Shown here in pieces: positions 31,928 through 42,606 of a stretch of DNA of 64,000 nt; the first letter of the stretch is position 1, and each line of letters starts with the position of its first letter. A program made the position numbers and the translations under genes. The notes beneath the pieces are model-generated. The model ran no database searches. It worked only from the letters and a program-made list of their open reading frames with translations, and was not told the origin of the DNA. The stretch covers positions 434,001 through 498,000 of the forward strand of contig OZ025706.1 in the NCBI GenBank assembly GCA_964019335.1, given 5' to 3'. Origin of the DNA: Diplonema japonicum (Eukaryota > Protista > Euglenozoa: Diplonemea).

Positions 31928-34900
31928 TTAGGCAACTTTCATATTGAAAGCGGATTTACTTCCGATCGCCCTCACAAGGTTGTCACGAAGCATGTGAACA
32001 TTCTGTGTGTGTTGCGTTGTTGTTGTAGTGCATACCTGATTCCGAAGAGGTGGGAGTGCTGAGGCTGAGTGCAACGACGGGAAAGCGCTATTCATCTTTG
32101 GTGACTCCGCGCCAATCTCGCGGGTTCTATTTCCGGAAATGGCAGCAACTGCTGCAGCGGCAGTCGGAGTGAACGTGGGCTTTGAACGATGTGACTGCAA
32201 GGTTTTGAGTTTCGCGAGGGGCTTGAGATCTCTTTTCTTGGTTATATCTGCAACTGGTTGGACACTCTCTTCGACAGCTGAATGTATAGTCTTAAGCAGC
32301 ATCTCTCGTCTCTTTTGTTCTTCAAATTGCAGATGCGGAGCGAGCTTTCTCGCACTCAAGGCCTTCGACCTCTCCAGTACAGTGTTGAAGTGGTCCATGC
32401 GCACTTTCTTTCGTAAGACCCGACGCTGCTCTTGTAGATTCCTCCTGTTTGCCATGCACTCGTTGATCTCACGGTGTTTACTTGCTATCTGCTTTGTGAG
32501 GAAGTCCAGAGCGTCTCCATTGTCCGTCATCTCCCCCTTCAAGTCTGTTAAGCGCTGCTTTTGCATTCCTATCTTCACTCTGTTGTACAGTTGCTTCGTC
32601 GACTGTTGGCCAAGAGCACTGTCTTCCTTCAAGTATGTTAAAATACTCTTCACAACCGTTGCGTCGCACTTCAGAATCTCTGCGAGCATCGTGTTGTCCA
32701 TTTCCCCCTTTCGATAAGGGTCTCTGTGCCCAAACTTCGACAGTTGCAAACGTTTCTTAAGGCTATCAAAAAGTTTGAAAAGCTCAACGTGAAGCTCTGC
32801 CGCGAGGTGGCGTATTGCGTCTAGGGCAACGGTGTCTTTCTTGTCTTCAGACTCAGGTTCCGGTTCGGGCTCAGGTTCAGGTTCGGGCTCAGGCCCAGGG
32901 CCCTTCAGCATCACTTCGTTAAGTTCATCGATGCAGGACTCCAGTGCCCTGCCCATACAAACAAACAACTTTGGAACCACCACCATTGCTGACTCTGTTG
33001 TAAGCTCTTCTTCGGGAAAGGAGCCAGGCCACAACGCCTGACCACATTCCATAATCCAGTTCAGTGGCTGTTTCACTGTCTCTGAAGAAGTCCGTAATCC
33101 CAAATCGCTCCACAGGAGTGCCTCCCCCGCATCTAGTGCCTCCCACTGTCTGTAGTCGGTCACAGAGCTTACTTTTGATGTTTTTTCAGGTTCTTCCACT
33201 TCTTTGTCTTCTATCTGTTCTTGCTCTTCTTCAACCTGTTCTTGCATTTCTTCCGGCGTGTCGTTTGCTTCTTCGTTCTCTTTGGTTTCTTCGTGTGCTA
33301 GCTCTCTTTGCATCACTTCTGTCATTTCTTGCAGCTCACTGATCTTGTTCCGTGCACTCTGAAGCTCTTCCTCCAGAGCTGATATCAGATTTATCTTTTC
33401 TTCAAGTTTTGTTTTAGTCTCTTGCATCTCGGCTTGAAGTATGGGGAGGGCCTTCGCGTCATCGAGAGCACACTGGTTCAGTCTACCACGTGCCGATGCA
33501 TCGCCCTTTGCCCTCTTGGCATCTTGCAGAGCTGCGTCGTGCCGCCTATGTAGATCGTTGATTTTCGTATCAGCTGTAGCTTTGGCCTCTCGACAATCAA
33601 CAAGTTGGTGTTCGAGGTCTTTGATTGTCTGCTGCAATGCTGCTGACGTAGCGGAGCTAGCTTTGTATTCCTCAAGCTCTTTCATGACGTCTGAAAGGTT
33701 CTGTTCCACTTCCGACAACTCGCTGTGGAGGTCCTTCACCTCCTGCTTGAGCTGCACGGTCTCCTCGGACTGAGGCGACGGTGTGGCTGATATTCTTTTT
33801 TCTGGCTCCTTTACCTTTAGTTTACTTTTCGTTTTCTTGGGTATAACTTTTTTCTTTTGAACCGGCGTCTCCGTGTAATCCTTGAGCCAGTCACGGACGA
33901 TGGGGCCCAGCACATAACTAAACTCCTGTAAACAGCGACTTAAATAAGGAGGAACACTGCTCAGCACTTCGGGCACTTTTCCCTTTTCGATAATCACTGT
34001 CAGCATGTCACAGAGCGCTGAGGCAGACTCAATGGTGCCTTTAGTCATATTTTCTTGAAGTTTGCACCCTTTCACATCGTCGGGGAAGATAGTCAAGAAG
34101 GGATCTCGAGTGTCGGTCTGCGCATGCATATGCTTGCTCAGACTTGAAGGTAACTTGAGCATTTTCTTCCTCATAGCCTCCTGTTCTTTAAGACCCATCC
34201 TCACTTCTTTCAGAAGATAGGTGTTTGATTGCTCCAAGGACACCACCTTGTCCCGCAGTGATCTATTTCGCTCTTTCATATCATCCAACCCTTCATCGCC
34301 TTCCGCTTTCTTCACCTTTTCCTTCACCAGTTCGTCCACTCTGTTCTGGTACATCGCCCTGTACTTAATGAGTTCGGCAGTAGTCTCCTTCAGCTGCATC
34401 GCCAGCACTGAGGACCCTAGGTTGTTGTTGGTGACGTGACGCAGCTCGCGCTCTTTCTCCTTGAGGTCGGACCGCAGCTCGTCGACCTCCTCAAGAAGTG
34501 ATTCTGCAATTCTCTTGTGGCCATGTTCGGCCTCGCTAAGGTTTACGTTCGACTCTGAGCTATCTAGCGTGAAACCACGGTCGTGGATCAGCGGTTGCAG
34601 GACACATTCAATCTTAGAATAGTTGGCGAGTTTGAGGCCCAGATTCGTTCTCTCTTTGTCTTTGTAGTAAGAGGGTAGCAGGAGTGACCGGATACTGCTC
34701 AGGTTGAGTACCAGTGGGCAGCGCAGGAAGTGGTCGTAACCGCTGCTGAGCACTTCGCGTGGTGTGGCTCCTTCACCGCGGCAGACACCAACCACCACAT
34801 GTCTGTGGACCTTGCTGGTCTTAGCAGCAAAACCTGCTTCAGCATGTCGGACGTAATGGATAAAATCCAGCATCCCAATATTGCTGGCCCGGCCTAGCTC

Positions 34901-35188
34901 CACAAAGATGCAGTCGTATCTTGCCCCGTCGCTGCGCATGAGTTCCTCCAGCTGCGTGAAGGCCCTTCGCGCGTCACGGGCCATCAGCACATTACATCCC
35001 ATTCTGTTGAACCACGTGCTGTAGGACAGCAGCCTGAGCGGCTCATCCGCCACGATCATCACATTGGGCGTGTCCTTCTTGCAGATCTTAGCATCGCATG
35101 CCTCAAAGCTTGGGCTCGAGACATCCGCCTCCCACTCCAGCTCCGTGATCAACCCCGATGACACGATGTTGTGGATGATGGCCATCAC
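31928..35188 (-). CDS. Receiver(REC)-like domain plus long coiled-coil protein
   Basis: NVMIVADE...YDCIFVEL...VVVGV...SGYDHFLRCPL follows the REC beta/alpha pattern. Heptads follow. Confidence 0.8.
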   Translation of the reverse strand: MMAIIHNIVSSGLITELEWEADVSSPSFEACDAKICKKDTPNVMIVADEPLRLLSYSTWFNRMGCNVLMARDARRAFTQLEELMRSDGARYDCIFVELGRASNIGMLDFIHYVRHAEAGFAAKTSKVHRHVVVGVCRGEGATPREVLSSGYDHFLRCPLVLNLSSIRSLLLPSYYKDKERTNLGLKLANYSKIECVLQPLIHDRGFTLDSSESNVNLSEAEHGHKRIAESLLEEVDELRSDLKEKERELRHVTNNNLGSSVLAMQLKETTAELIKYRAMYQNRVDELVKEKVKKAEGDEGLDDMKERNRSLRDKVVSLEQSNTYLLKEVRMGLKEQEAMRKKMLKLPSSLSKHMHAQTDTRDPFLTIFPDDVKGCKLQENMTKGTIESASALCDMLTVIIEKGKVPEVLSSVPPYLSRCLQEFSYVLGPIVRDWLKDYTETPVQKKKVIPKKTKSKLKVKEPEKRISATPSPQSEETVQLKQEVKDLHSELSEVEQNLSDVMKELEEYKASSATSAALQQTIKDLEHQLVDCREAKATADTKINDLHRRHDAALQDAKRAKGDASARGRLNQCALDDAKALPILQAEMQETKTKLEEKINLISALEEELQSARNKISELQEMTEVMQRELAHEETKENEEANDTPEEMQEQVEEEQEQIEDKEVEEPEKTSKVSSVTDYRQWEALDAGEALLWSDLGLRTSSETVKQPLNWIMECGQALWPGSFPEEELTTESAMVVVPKLFVCMGRALESCIDELNEVMLKGPGPEPEPEPEPEPEPESEDKKDTVALDAIRHLAAELHVELFKLFDSLKKRLQLSKFGHRDPYRKGEMDNTMLAEILKCDATVVKSILTYLKEDSALGQQSTKQLYNRVKIGMQKQRLTDLKGEMTDNGDALDFLTKQIASKHREINECMANRRNLQEQRRVLRKKVRMDHFNTVLERSKALSARKLAPHLQFEEQKRREMLLKTIHSAVEESVQPVADITKKRDLKPLAKLKTLQSHRSKPTFTPTAAAAVAAISGNRTREIGAESPKMNSAFPSLHSASALPPLRNQVCTTTTTQHTQNVHMLRDNLVRAIGSKSAFNMKVA

Positions 35189-35292
35189 ATTTTACTGTCG
35201 GTGATCTCTTTTTTTTCTTTTTTTTTTTTTTCTTTTTTTGTTCATTTTCGAAACAAATCAAACGGAACTAAATGATACTTTCAATGCCACGT

Positions 35293-37176
35293 CTACTTGT
35301 GGGTCTTCATATAGTCTCTCAGGGGCTTCAATAGGTCTTGCGTCTGTTCCGCTTGCTTTTTGAGGTAGTTCGGCTCAAGCAACTTGCGAATGGACGGCCT
35401 CGACGCCCACAAGCCGAACTTATTATTCTTAAGCTTCAGGTAGGGGTCGTAGAGGTCGCGGTGATGCTCGGTCGAAGCGGAACGCAAAGTGTCATCTGCG
35501 AAGCTTTCAAGACGAGCGGCTTTGCCGTACTCATAGAGGAACCTTTGGTCCTTGGCTGTGAGGCGAGGGCGCATAACGGTTTCGCGCTTCTCGAGTCTAT
35601 GGGTCCTTGTGAGAGGTGTGTGTTGCAACTTGAATCGGGTCTTGTAGCCGCCTGGTGCTCGCATTTGCGTGACGAGCCTACTATCAAATGCATAAGGAGT
35701 TGTCTGCAGGAGTGCGTTGAGATTCTCCTCATCTTCCGTGAACTCGGGTTCTTCGCCGTCGTCATCCCTCTTGTCATGGAGCTGCAGCACACGCCCCCTT
35801 CCCTTTGTCGACTCCGGGGGAACAGCCCCCTCGGACACTTCACTCCCTTTGCCAAACAAATACTTCTCTATCTGGAAGATGTGCTGTGCCTTCGTGCCGG
35901 TAACGGTGAGGCCTAAGTCTTTAAACCGCTCGCCTTGTTCAAAGGCCTTCAGCTGCTTAATTGACAAGGCGCCGAGCTGCTTGTTCTTTGCGAGCTTCAC
36001 GTAGTTCAGCTTATATTTCCCAGTAAGCTGCACCCCTCCTTGCACAGACCCTTTGCGCATTTCCCCCTCCTCGCCGTTTTGTTTTCCCGAAGACTTCTTT
36101 TTCTTCTTTCTACGAACGACTTTGACCTCCCCTCGGCTCGCTTTGAAGATCTTCCTCTGTTCCTCAACTGGGTCGTCAGGGTCAGTGATGGCCAGCTCTA
36201 CCTGGTCGGACAGTGCGGTGTTCTGTTCCAGCACTGTTTTCATGGTCTCGACGTACTGCTCGCGCTGTTTGAGCATTTCGAAGATGTAGCCCTCTTGCAC
36301 GTTGTCAAGGATGGCAAGGATATCAGTGCCACGATCGCCTGTACGCTCCTGTCTGTGTATGGTCAGGAACATCTGCAACTCCATTGAGGACAGCCTGCCG
36401 AGCTTGGGGGCGAGGAGTTTCTTCTGTTGAGGGGTAAGCTTGTTCTTCCCCGCGTTCTCCCACTCGTTCCCGTAGAACGCCTTTCGCAGGGAGTCCACAT
36501 AAACGGTGGCGTTGCTGCTGTCGGGGTCGAACTCCTCGATGCTGTTGAATGGTGAAATGGCCTGCAACTCTTTTTGCAGGTTCATCTCTGCGATCCTCTC
36601 GGGGTCGTCGGTCACAAGCTCTTCAAGATACGTTTGCGATGCAGCCTTTGCCTCTTCAATCAGTTTGGAACGCTTCTTGATGAGCTGCGAGGGCTGCGTC
36701 TGCATGCACGCGTAGAGCTTCCTTTGGATATCCTCATGTAACTGAGATCGCATCGGAGAGGTCGCAAGCAGCAGTGCTTGGTAGGTTTCGGGGATAGGGG
36801 TGATCTTCTGTTGCAACATTCTGTTGAAAAGCTTGAACGCTGTGAGCTCCATCTTGGCCTTTGCCATAATGGATATGAGGGATGTGTACGTGTGCACGTT
36901 GGGGCGCACCTTCTGGCGCACCATAACGTTGAACTGAAGAAGTGCTGTCTGTGCGTTTGCGTGCTGCTTGTCAGCGAGCATCTGTATCTCACGTGCTCTT
37001 CTGTGGAACGAAAATGTGTTGTTGGGCAACTCTTGGGCATTGGGATACGTTGCTGTATACTTGCTGATGTTCGTTGTCCTCTGTTGATGCATAGCCTTGA
37101 GAGGCTTGCTTTTCAAGTCGAACCAGTAGTAGAAACACCTCTTCTGGGCGCCCCGCATATTTCTGTAATGGAGCAT
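35293..37176 (-). CDS. Pentatricopeptide-repeat protein, probably mitochondrial
   Basis: Arg-rich presequence-like MLHYRNMRGAQKR. PPR motifs VRPNVHTYTSLISIMAK and AFKLFNRMLQQKITPIPETYQALL. Confidence 0.85.
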   Translation of the reverse strand: MLHYRNMRGAQKRCFYYWFDLKSKPLKAMHQQRTTNISKYTATYPNAQELPNNTFSFHRRAREIQMLADKQHANAQTALLQFNVMVRQKVRPNVHTYTSLISIMAKAKMELTAFKLFNRMLQQKITPIPETYQALLLATSPMRSQLHEDIQRKLYACMQTQPSQLIKKRSKLIEEAKAASQTYLEELVTDDPERIAEMNLQKELQAISPFNSIEEFDPDSSNATVYVDSLRKAFYGNEWENAGKNKLTPQQKKLLAPKLGRLSSMELQMFLTIHRQERTGDRGTDILAILDNVQEGYIFEMLKQREQYVETMKTVLEQNTALSDQVELAITDPDDPVEEQRKIFKASRGEVKVVRRKKKKKSSGKQNGEEGEMRKGSVQGGVQLTGKYKLNYVKLAKNKQLGALSIKQLKAFEQGERFKDLGLTVTGTKAQHIFQIEKYLFGKGSEVSEGAVPPESTKGRGRVLQLHDKRDDDGEEPEFTEDEENLNALLQTTPYAFDSRLVTQMRAPGGYKTRFKLQHTPLTRTHRLEKRETVMRPRLTAKDQRFLYEYGKAARLESFADDTLRSASTEHHRDLYDPYLKLKNNKFGLWASRPSIRKLLEPNYLKKQAEQTQDLLKPLRDYMKTHK

Positions 37177-38034
37177 GTTACCACCTGTGGTGCCTTGGCG
37201 CTGGAAGGTTGTCAACTGCAAACTTACTAAAACATAACTTATGCGAACCTTTCTAAGAAGCAGCACCTAGCAGACTTTTGAGACAAAACAGAAACACAAA
37301 CAGGTCAATGTTGCACTGTGGCATAGAAAGGGTGAAATGAACTAACATAAACAGTTATAAGAAAACCACGCAGCGCGCTGCGAGCATTGCAAGAAACAAA
37401 TGGAGAAACAGAACTTGATTCAAGTAACTCGCTGATGAAGAGGCCTTTCTCGTTCCTCATCTCTAACCATGCATGTCCAGTACTCGGAGGGAGTTTTTAT
37501 TATTCCACACGTGCATTGGGTAAAAGCCGAGACAGGTAGAAACAAATTGCAAAGCAGGCAAGTATAGTGCTTTTTATATAGTTCTATTTCCTTTTTTTTT
37601 CCATTTCTTTTATATCCTCTCCTGCATCCACTCCAGCGGTATGATATCGATGCGCCATCGGCAGAATGGAATCAAAACTCTAGCAATTTATTGGGAAGAA
37701 AAAAAAAAAAAGAAAAGGTGTAAAGCTCTCGAAGAGAATGCCCGAGTTTCGGACTGCATTGGCATGGCCTCTGTACCGATTTCCCGCCCGCCTCAAGCAG
37801 TCAGAGCTCACAATAAGGCGGAAAGGAAGCAAAGATGAGGTCAGACTCAATGACTGGAGGTGCGGAAAAAAAAGTGAGGGGGGGACCAAAAAATAACAAA
37901 TAGCGATAAAACCGTCATTGGAAGGGGTTGCAGGTTCGCAATAGGTTAGTCTCAAATGACGAACGGACACACGGTAAGGTTCTGGCCCGGAGACCAACAC
38001 CACGAGACACCCTACAACAAGATGAATTAGCTGC

Positions 38035-39709
38035 TCACCTTGCAAGTGGGACCTTCCTTGGTGTGTCACCGGGTGCCAAACTAGGCACTGCACCTGGTGT
38101 CCTTATTGGAGTAGTTAACTGGAAAGAGCCGCCAATGGTGGATGGGTTGGTGGCAGTTAGTTGTCTTGTGCTTGACTTCTGCGGCCTGTGGGGTGCGTTC
38201 TTGAAGGTTGATGCCTTGACAAAGTCAGCTTCTAAACTTTGTGCCTGATCTTCTTCGGTGTGCCTAAAGCGCGCCCACTGTAGTGATGTTATTCACACAA
38301 AAAAGAACGGAAAGACAGAAAATGCATACCAAGTAAGATTTGTAGATGGTGTTGAAAGAGTTGGTTAAAATCACCAGCGGGAAGGTCATCACTAGCACAG
38401 AGACCATCATGACTATTGAAGCGAGCGCTTTGCCCAAGTCCGTCACGGGTACTGAGTCACCGTAGCCCACAGTTGTAAGGGTGACCACTGCCCACCAGAG
38501 CGCTTCGGGAATGGACTGAAAGTCACATTCAGTCTTTGGGTCACCGGCCTTGTTACTATCGCTGTAGCCGGAGTCCCTGTACCATACTTTGGTCGCAGTG
38601 TCCCACGAGCAGGACTCACGCTCCACGAAGAACATGATAGCCCCCGACGTGACGACCATGATGAACATCGTCAATGTGTGCCAGCAGAGGGGCGTCCACG
38701 ACCTCTTCAGTGCCAGCACAAACAGCCTGATGCCTACGGAGTGCCGTCCGACCTTCAGCACCCTCGTCACCCGAGTGACCCTTGCAAGCACACGCAGTAC
38801 ACGTATTTCCTGTAGCCCCTTCCCGTAAGAGATGTCGGTGGCGAGCGTCACGTAGTATGGAAGGATCGAAATAAGGTCGATCCAGGTGAAGGCATCCATC
38901 CAGAATTTAGAGAAGTTAGGCGTGGAGACAGCACGCAAGAAGAACTCCGCAGTGAAGTACACGATGCACACAACTTCAAGATCGGACAGGAAGCTTGTTG
39001 TCTGTGTGCCGTCCGACCCCCTTGTGTACTGTGGCAGGGTGGCGATGAGGATGCCCAACACCGACAGCACAATGACCCCTTGTGAAAACCACGAGATTGC
39101 TAACCCGGTATGCCGAAGGCATGTGTCAGGCACTTTCTCGGCGTAAGCGGGTTCCACTAAAGCCCAAATTTTCTGGCGAAAGGTTTCAGGGTTGGGGAGC
39201 ATCTGTGTTTCATTGCTGTAATCGCCCAGGTCCCCGAAGTCTTCGAAAAACTCGTTGTGCTTCGGCTCCAGACCTTCAAGCAGTTTTGTCATGTCGGCAA
39301 TGGTCACCCTTTTTGAGACAGCGGCTGCAGGGAACCATACCTCCTCTTGATCGAAGGAGACGCAGGCCTGGGTGGTGTTCATATCTTGGAGTACCCCGCC
39401 TTTGCTCGCCCACTTGTCTAAAGCTCTGTTGTTGCTGAGCCGTTGCAATGACTGAAGGTTGCCCACCTCCACATACATGCCTATCCACTTCTCTAAGGGT
39501 GACCTGTTATCGCAGACAGCGTTGCTCCTGCTTCTCCCAAGAGGAGGTGTTACCTCTTCATCATCCTGGAACTCCAAGTAGGTACCCTCGCTCATTTCTA
39601 GGAGACGCAGCTCGCTGTCTGTGTTTCCTACCCACGCAGGCCTCTCGTTGTTGAGTAGCTGTATGCTGCTGTTCTCGAACTGCGAAGCCATCTCCTCTGA
39701 CTCCGCCAT
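38035..39709 (-). CDS. Voltage-gated K+ channel (Kv-like 6TM); 52-nt intron at 38329-38278
   Basis: S4 IRVLRVLARVTRVTRVLK, pore WWAVVTLTTVGYGD. The 3' end is uncertain because of a possible extra 27-nt intron. Confidence 0.92.
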
Positions 39710-39801
39710 CGTGTACTGTGTACTGTGTGGGGTGTGGGGTGTGGGGTGCAGTGTGGGGTGCATCGTAGAAGGGAAAAAAGAAAATCTCAAGCAAGTTTGT
39801 T

Positions 39802-40386
39802 CTACAAAAATTTAACACCATCGCCATCCTCATCCATTTCAATAAGCTCAGCTTTCCCCTGCTTCTGAAGGCACGCAATGATGACTTTGATCATCTCCTG
39901 TGTGTGTGTGTGTGTTTTTTTTTTCTTTTTTTTTTCCCCTTCCCAACATCGTCACTAGCATACCTCAGGCATCCCCTCCCAAGACCTACCCTTCGCACTG
40001 TCCTCCGAGAGTTCGTAAATAGTGCACACCGAGCCGATGTGGCCCTCCTCGTCTGCAAGTGTGTAAATATCAGATGCCCAGTCATCCAGTGGCCGCCAAA
40101 GGACCCAACACTTGGTTTTGCTTCCCTTTATCCACACTGCCTTTCCATCTGAAACCAATTGTTCTAAAACCACTTGGGCATCAGCGGCAGACATCTTTCT
40201 TTTTATCTCTTTATTTTCAAACACCTCGTCCTCCACCTCTACAGCCCATTGCTTCTTCCCTTGGCACTTTTCCAGGATAATGCCGGCCCACAACTCACAC
40301 TGTTTGGCTTTTGTATCTGCAACTGGCTGCAGTGAGTACAGCGGTGGAAATGCACGCATCTCAGGTTTTTGGTGTGCCGCAGACAT
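39802..40386 (-). CDS. VPS25: ESCRT-II subunit VPS25, 2 exons with a 66-nt intron at 39963-39898
   Basis: FPPLYSLQP, FENKEIKRKM, VCTIYEL. Spliced exon 2 ends ELIEMDEDGDGVKFL*. Confidence 0.93.
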
Positions 40387-41007
40387 AGTTGCTGTTGCCT
40401 GCAGTGAGTCTAAGATATAGAATAAGAAAAAGGGGGAGGTACTTGAACCAAAAAGTTAATCAAAGGGAAGCACCCACCCCCCGAAAAATCAAGCTCCTGC
40501 TACAGCAGCTATTTCGAGGTTGTGAAGCATTCGTCAAAAATAGCACCGTTTTAGACTCTTTTTTTTTTTTTTTTTCCATAAATTCGCTCGAAGAAAAACA
40601 AAAAGAAAAAAAAGATGACTGAACAACTAGCGGAAGGGACGCCAGTCATCAATTGAACAACAGTGTAAGTCACCCCGCTTATTCTCGTGTAAAGAATAAT
40701 AACACCAGCTGCTGAAGACACTGCGTAACTAAAATGTGTAGAAATTTTAAAAAAACAAGCATGACCATCGCAGTGGCTTGAAGTGGTCAAAGCGTAATTA
40801 CATCAACGGCCAAGAAAGGTAACGGGGAGGGGGGGGCGGGGAGGGAACTACAGGGCCAAAACTACACTCAAATATGAGAAGGTACGGCATTGTAAGGCAG
40901 TGTTTTAAAAAGGAAAATTATTTTTATGCCCCATGTCTCTTTAAACCCATCTGGTCAATCCAGGGTGCTAAACGGTTTTAGAGATATGAGGCGTTAAGGG
41001 TTGTTTT

Positions 41008-42131
41008 CTAACCCCACAGCATGTTGAGAAGCATAGGGCGGCGAGCGGTGCCCGTAGTAGTCAGCAAGCTCATGGCAACTGTTGTGGTTTGATATGAAGA
41101 TTTGACTCCTTATAGTGCATACCTCCTGCAGCATCGAAGCCGTATTCAAACCTGCACAGCAACGGGTACAGGGCAAACGTCGTGCAATAGTTGGAGATAG
41201 TAACCCTCTGTGCAGGCGACTCGACAGCCAGCATCAACCCGGGGACAGCAAGGGAAGCCCACAGCCCGAAAGAAGAACACTTTGTGTCAGGCAGGAGGTT
41301 CCCAGACTGCCCCAACATCCACCACGCTGACGTGCAGTACAGCGACAAGAATGTTGTAGAACGGAAGATGTCTATGAACAAGGAGGTGGCCTGCAACGAG
41401 AGTGCAGGTGCGGGGTCAGTGGAGAAGATGCTTGCCAGACCACTGGCACCTATTTTTCGAAGCACGTGCACCATAACGCGCATGCCGTAGATCTTCATGT
41501 AGAACGGAGCTGCCTCCAACCAGTGGTGCACGAAGTAATCTACAGCTGCGGCGTTGAGTTGATGGAAAGATGTACCGTGCTTGCGTGCGTAGGTGTCCCC
41601 TTTCTTCTGCGGGAAGACAAGCTCCTTTACTTCCGCATATGTGCCGTGGTTAAACTTTGCCCGGACTTCGACGATGTGCTCTCTAGTGGCCTTGCCTTGT
41701 GAGTGGAGGAAGTTCTTGTATGCGAGAGGCAGCCTGTCTTCATAGAGAATCCAGGAGGAGAGAAGCTGTGCTGCATTGATAGAGTTGAGGAGAACAGGGT
41801 ATTTCCTGACGCCCTTCGGCAACAAATTGACAAGGATTTGCGCCAGGAGGTAACAGACGACAAATCTATAATTAAAAAAGTAGTCATTGTTGTTGGATAT
41901 CAGCCTGAGCGGCAACAGGGAAGCCACTCCTGCTACGTTATCGCCTGTCAACCCTTTCAACCTCCCGAACACTTCTGCCGTCAGCCCTGCAGAGGCTGCG
42001 CTGCACATTGCTTCGTTCCATTCTCCGCTCTTTCTCTTGCCTTTTCTTTTCAGTAATTTCAGCAGCGCAAAACCAACACCCACAACAGCACTGTTTCTGA
42101 GCGCTGCTTTCTCTACTTTATCAAGAGGCAT
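41008..42131 (-). CDS. TMEM135/PMP52-like membrane protein; 44-nt intron at 41122-41079
   Basis: QLLSSWILYEDRLPLAYKNFL, RSTTFLSLYC, VESPAQRVTISNYC. Splicing yields a hydrophobic C-terminus. Confidence 0.7.
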
Positions 42132-42606
42132 TTTAGTTGTAAACTGCAGGGGATGACATATGTTATAACCAACAGTATAAAATATTGAACCGGTAATGCT
42201 TAGCCTGCCGTGCCTAGCGACAGGCGTTACGCAAACCTTGTTCTTAAGGCTAAGTATCTAAAAAAGAGGGGGGGGGGTGCCGTTCCTTGTTGGGCTGCAT
42301 TGTCACTTGGTGGTAACAAAGAATCTAAATGACACTCATGTACAGGGATTATTGTTTTCAGCATTGCAATAGTGATAACCAAGCAGCCAAGGAAGCCCAT
42401 GCTTCTCCTTGTTTCTCTTGCTCCTTGAGTGGCATATTTGTCGCAACACTGCTGTCCCTATCGGGCATAGGCAAGGGAGAGGCGGACCTCAAAAGCTTGT
42501 GATGTGGTTGTGGTGAGATCTTAATGGCCTCCTGATGGACAGTAAGATGTAAAAAATATATCAACAGTCTAAAATCTTAACAAAAAGCTTTGCAAAGGCT
42601 AGCTTC

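Noticed and set aside
37432-37438. CTGATGA hammerhead core or box C
   Set aside because: No stem II-GAAA and no suitably placed box D.
40614-40650. GATGACTG...CAGTCATC hairpin as SECIS
   Set aside because: Lacks non-Watson-Crick quartet geometry and apical AA, and no in-frame TGA selenoprotein upstream.
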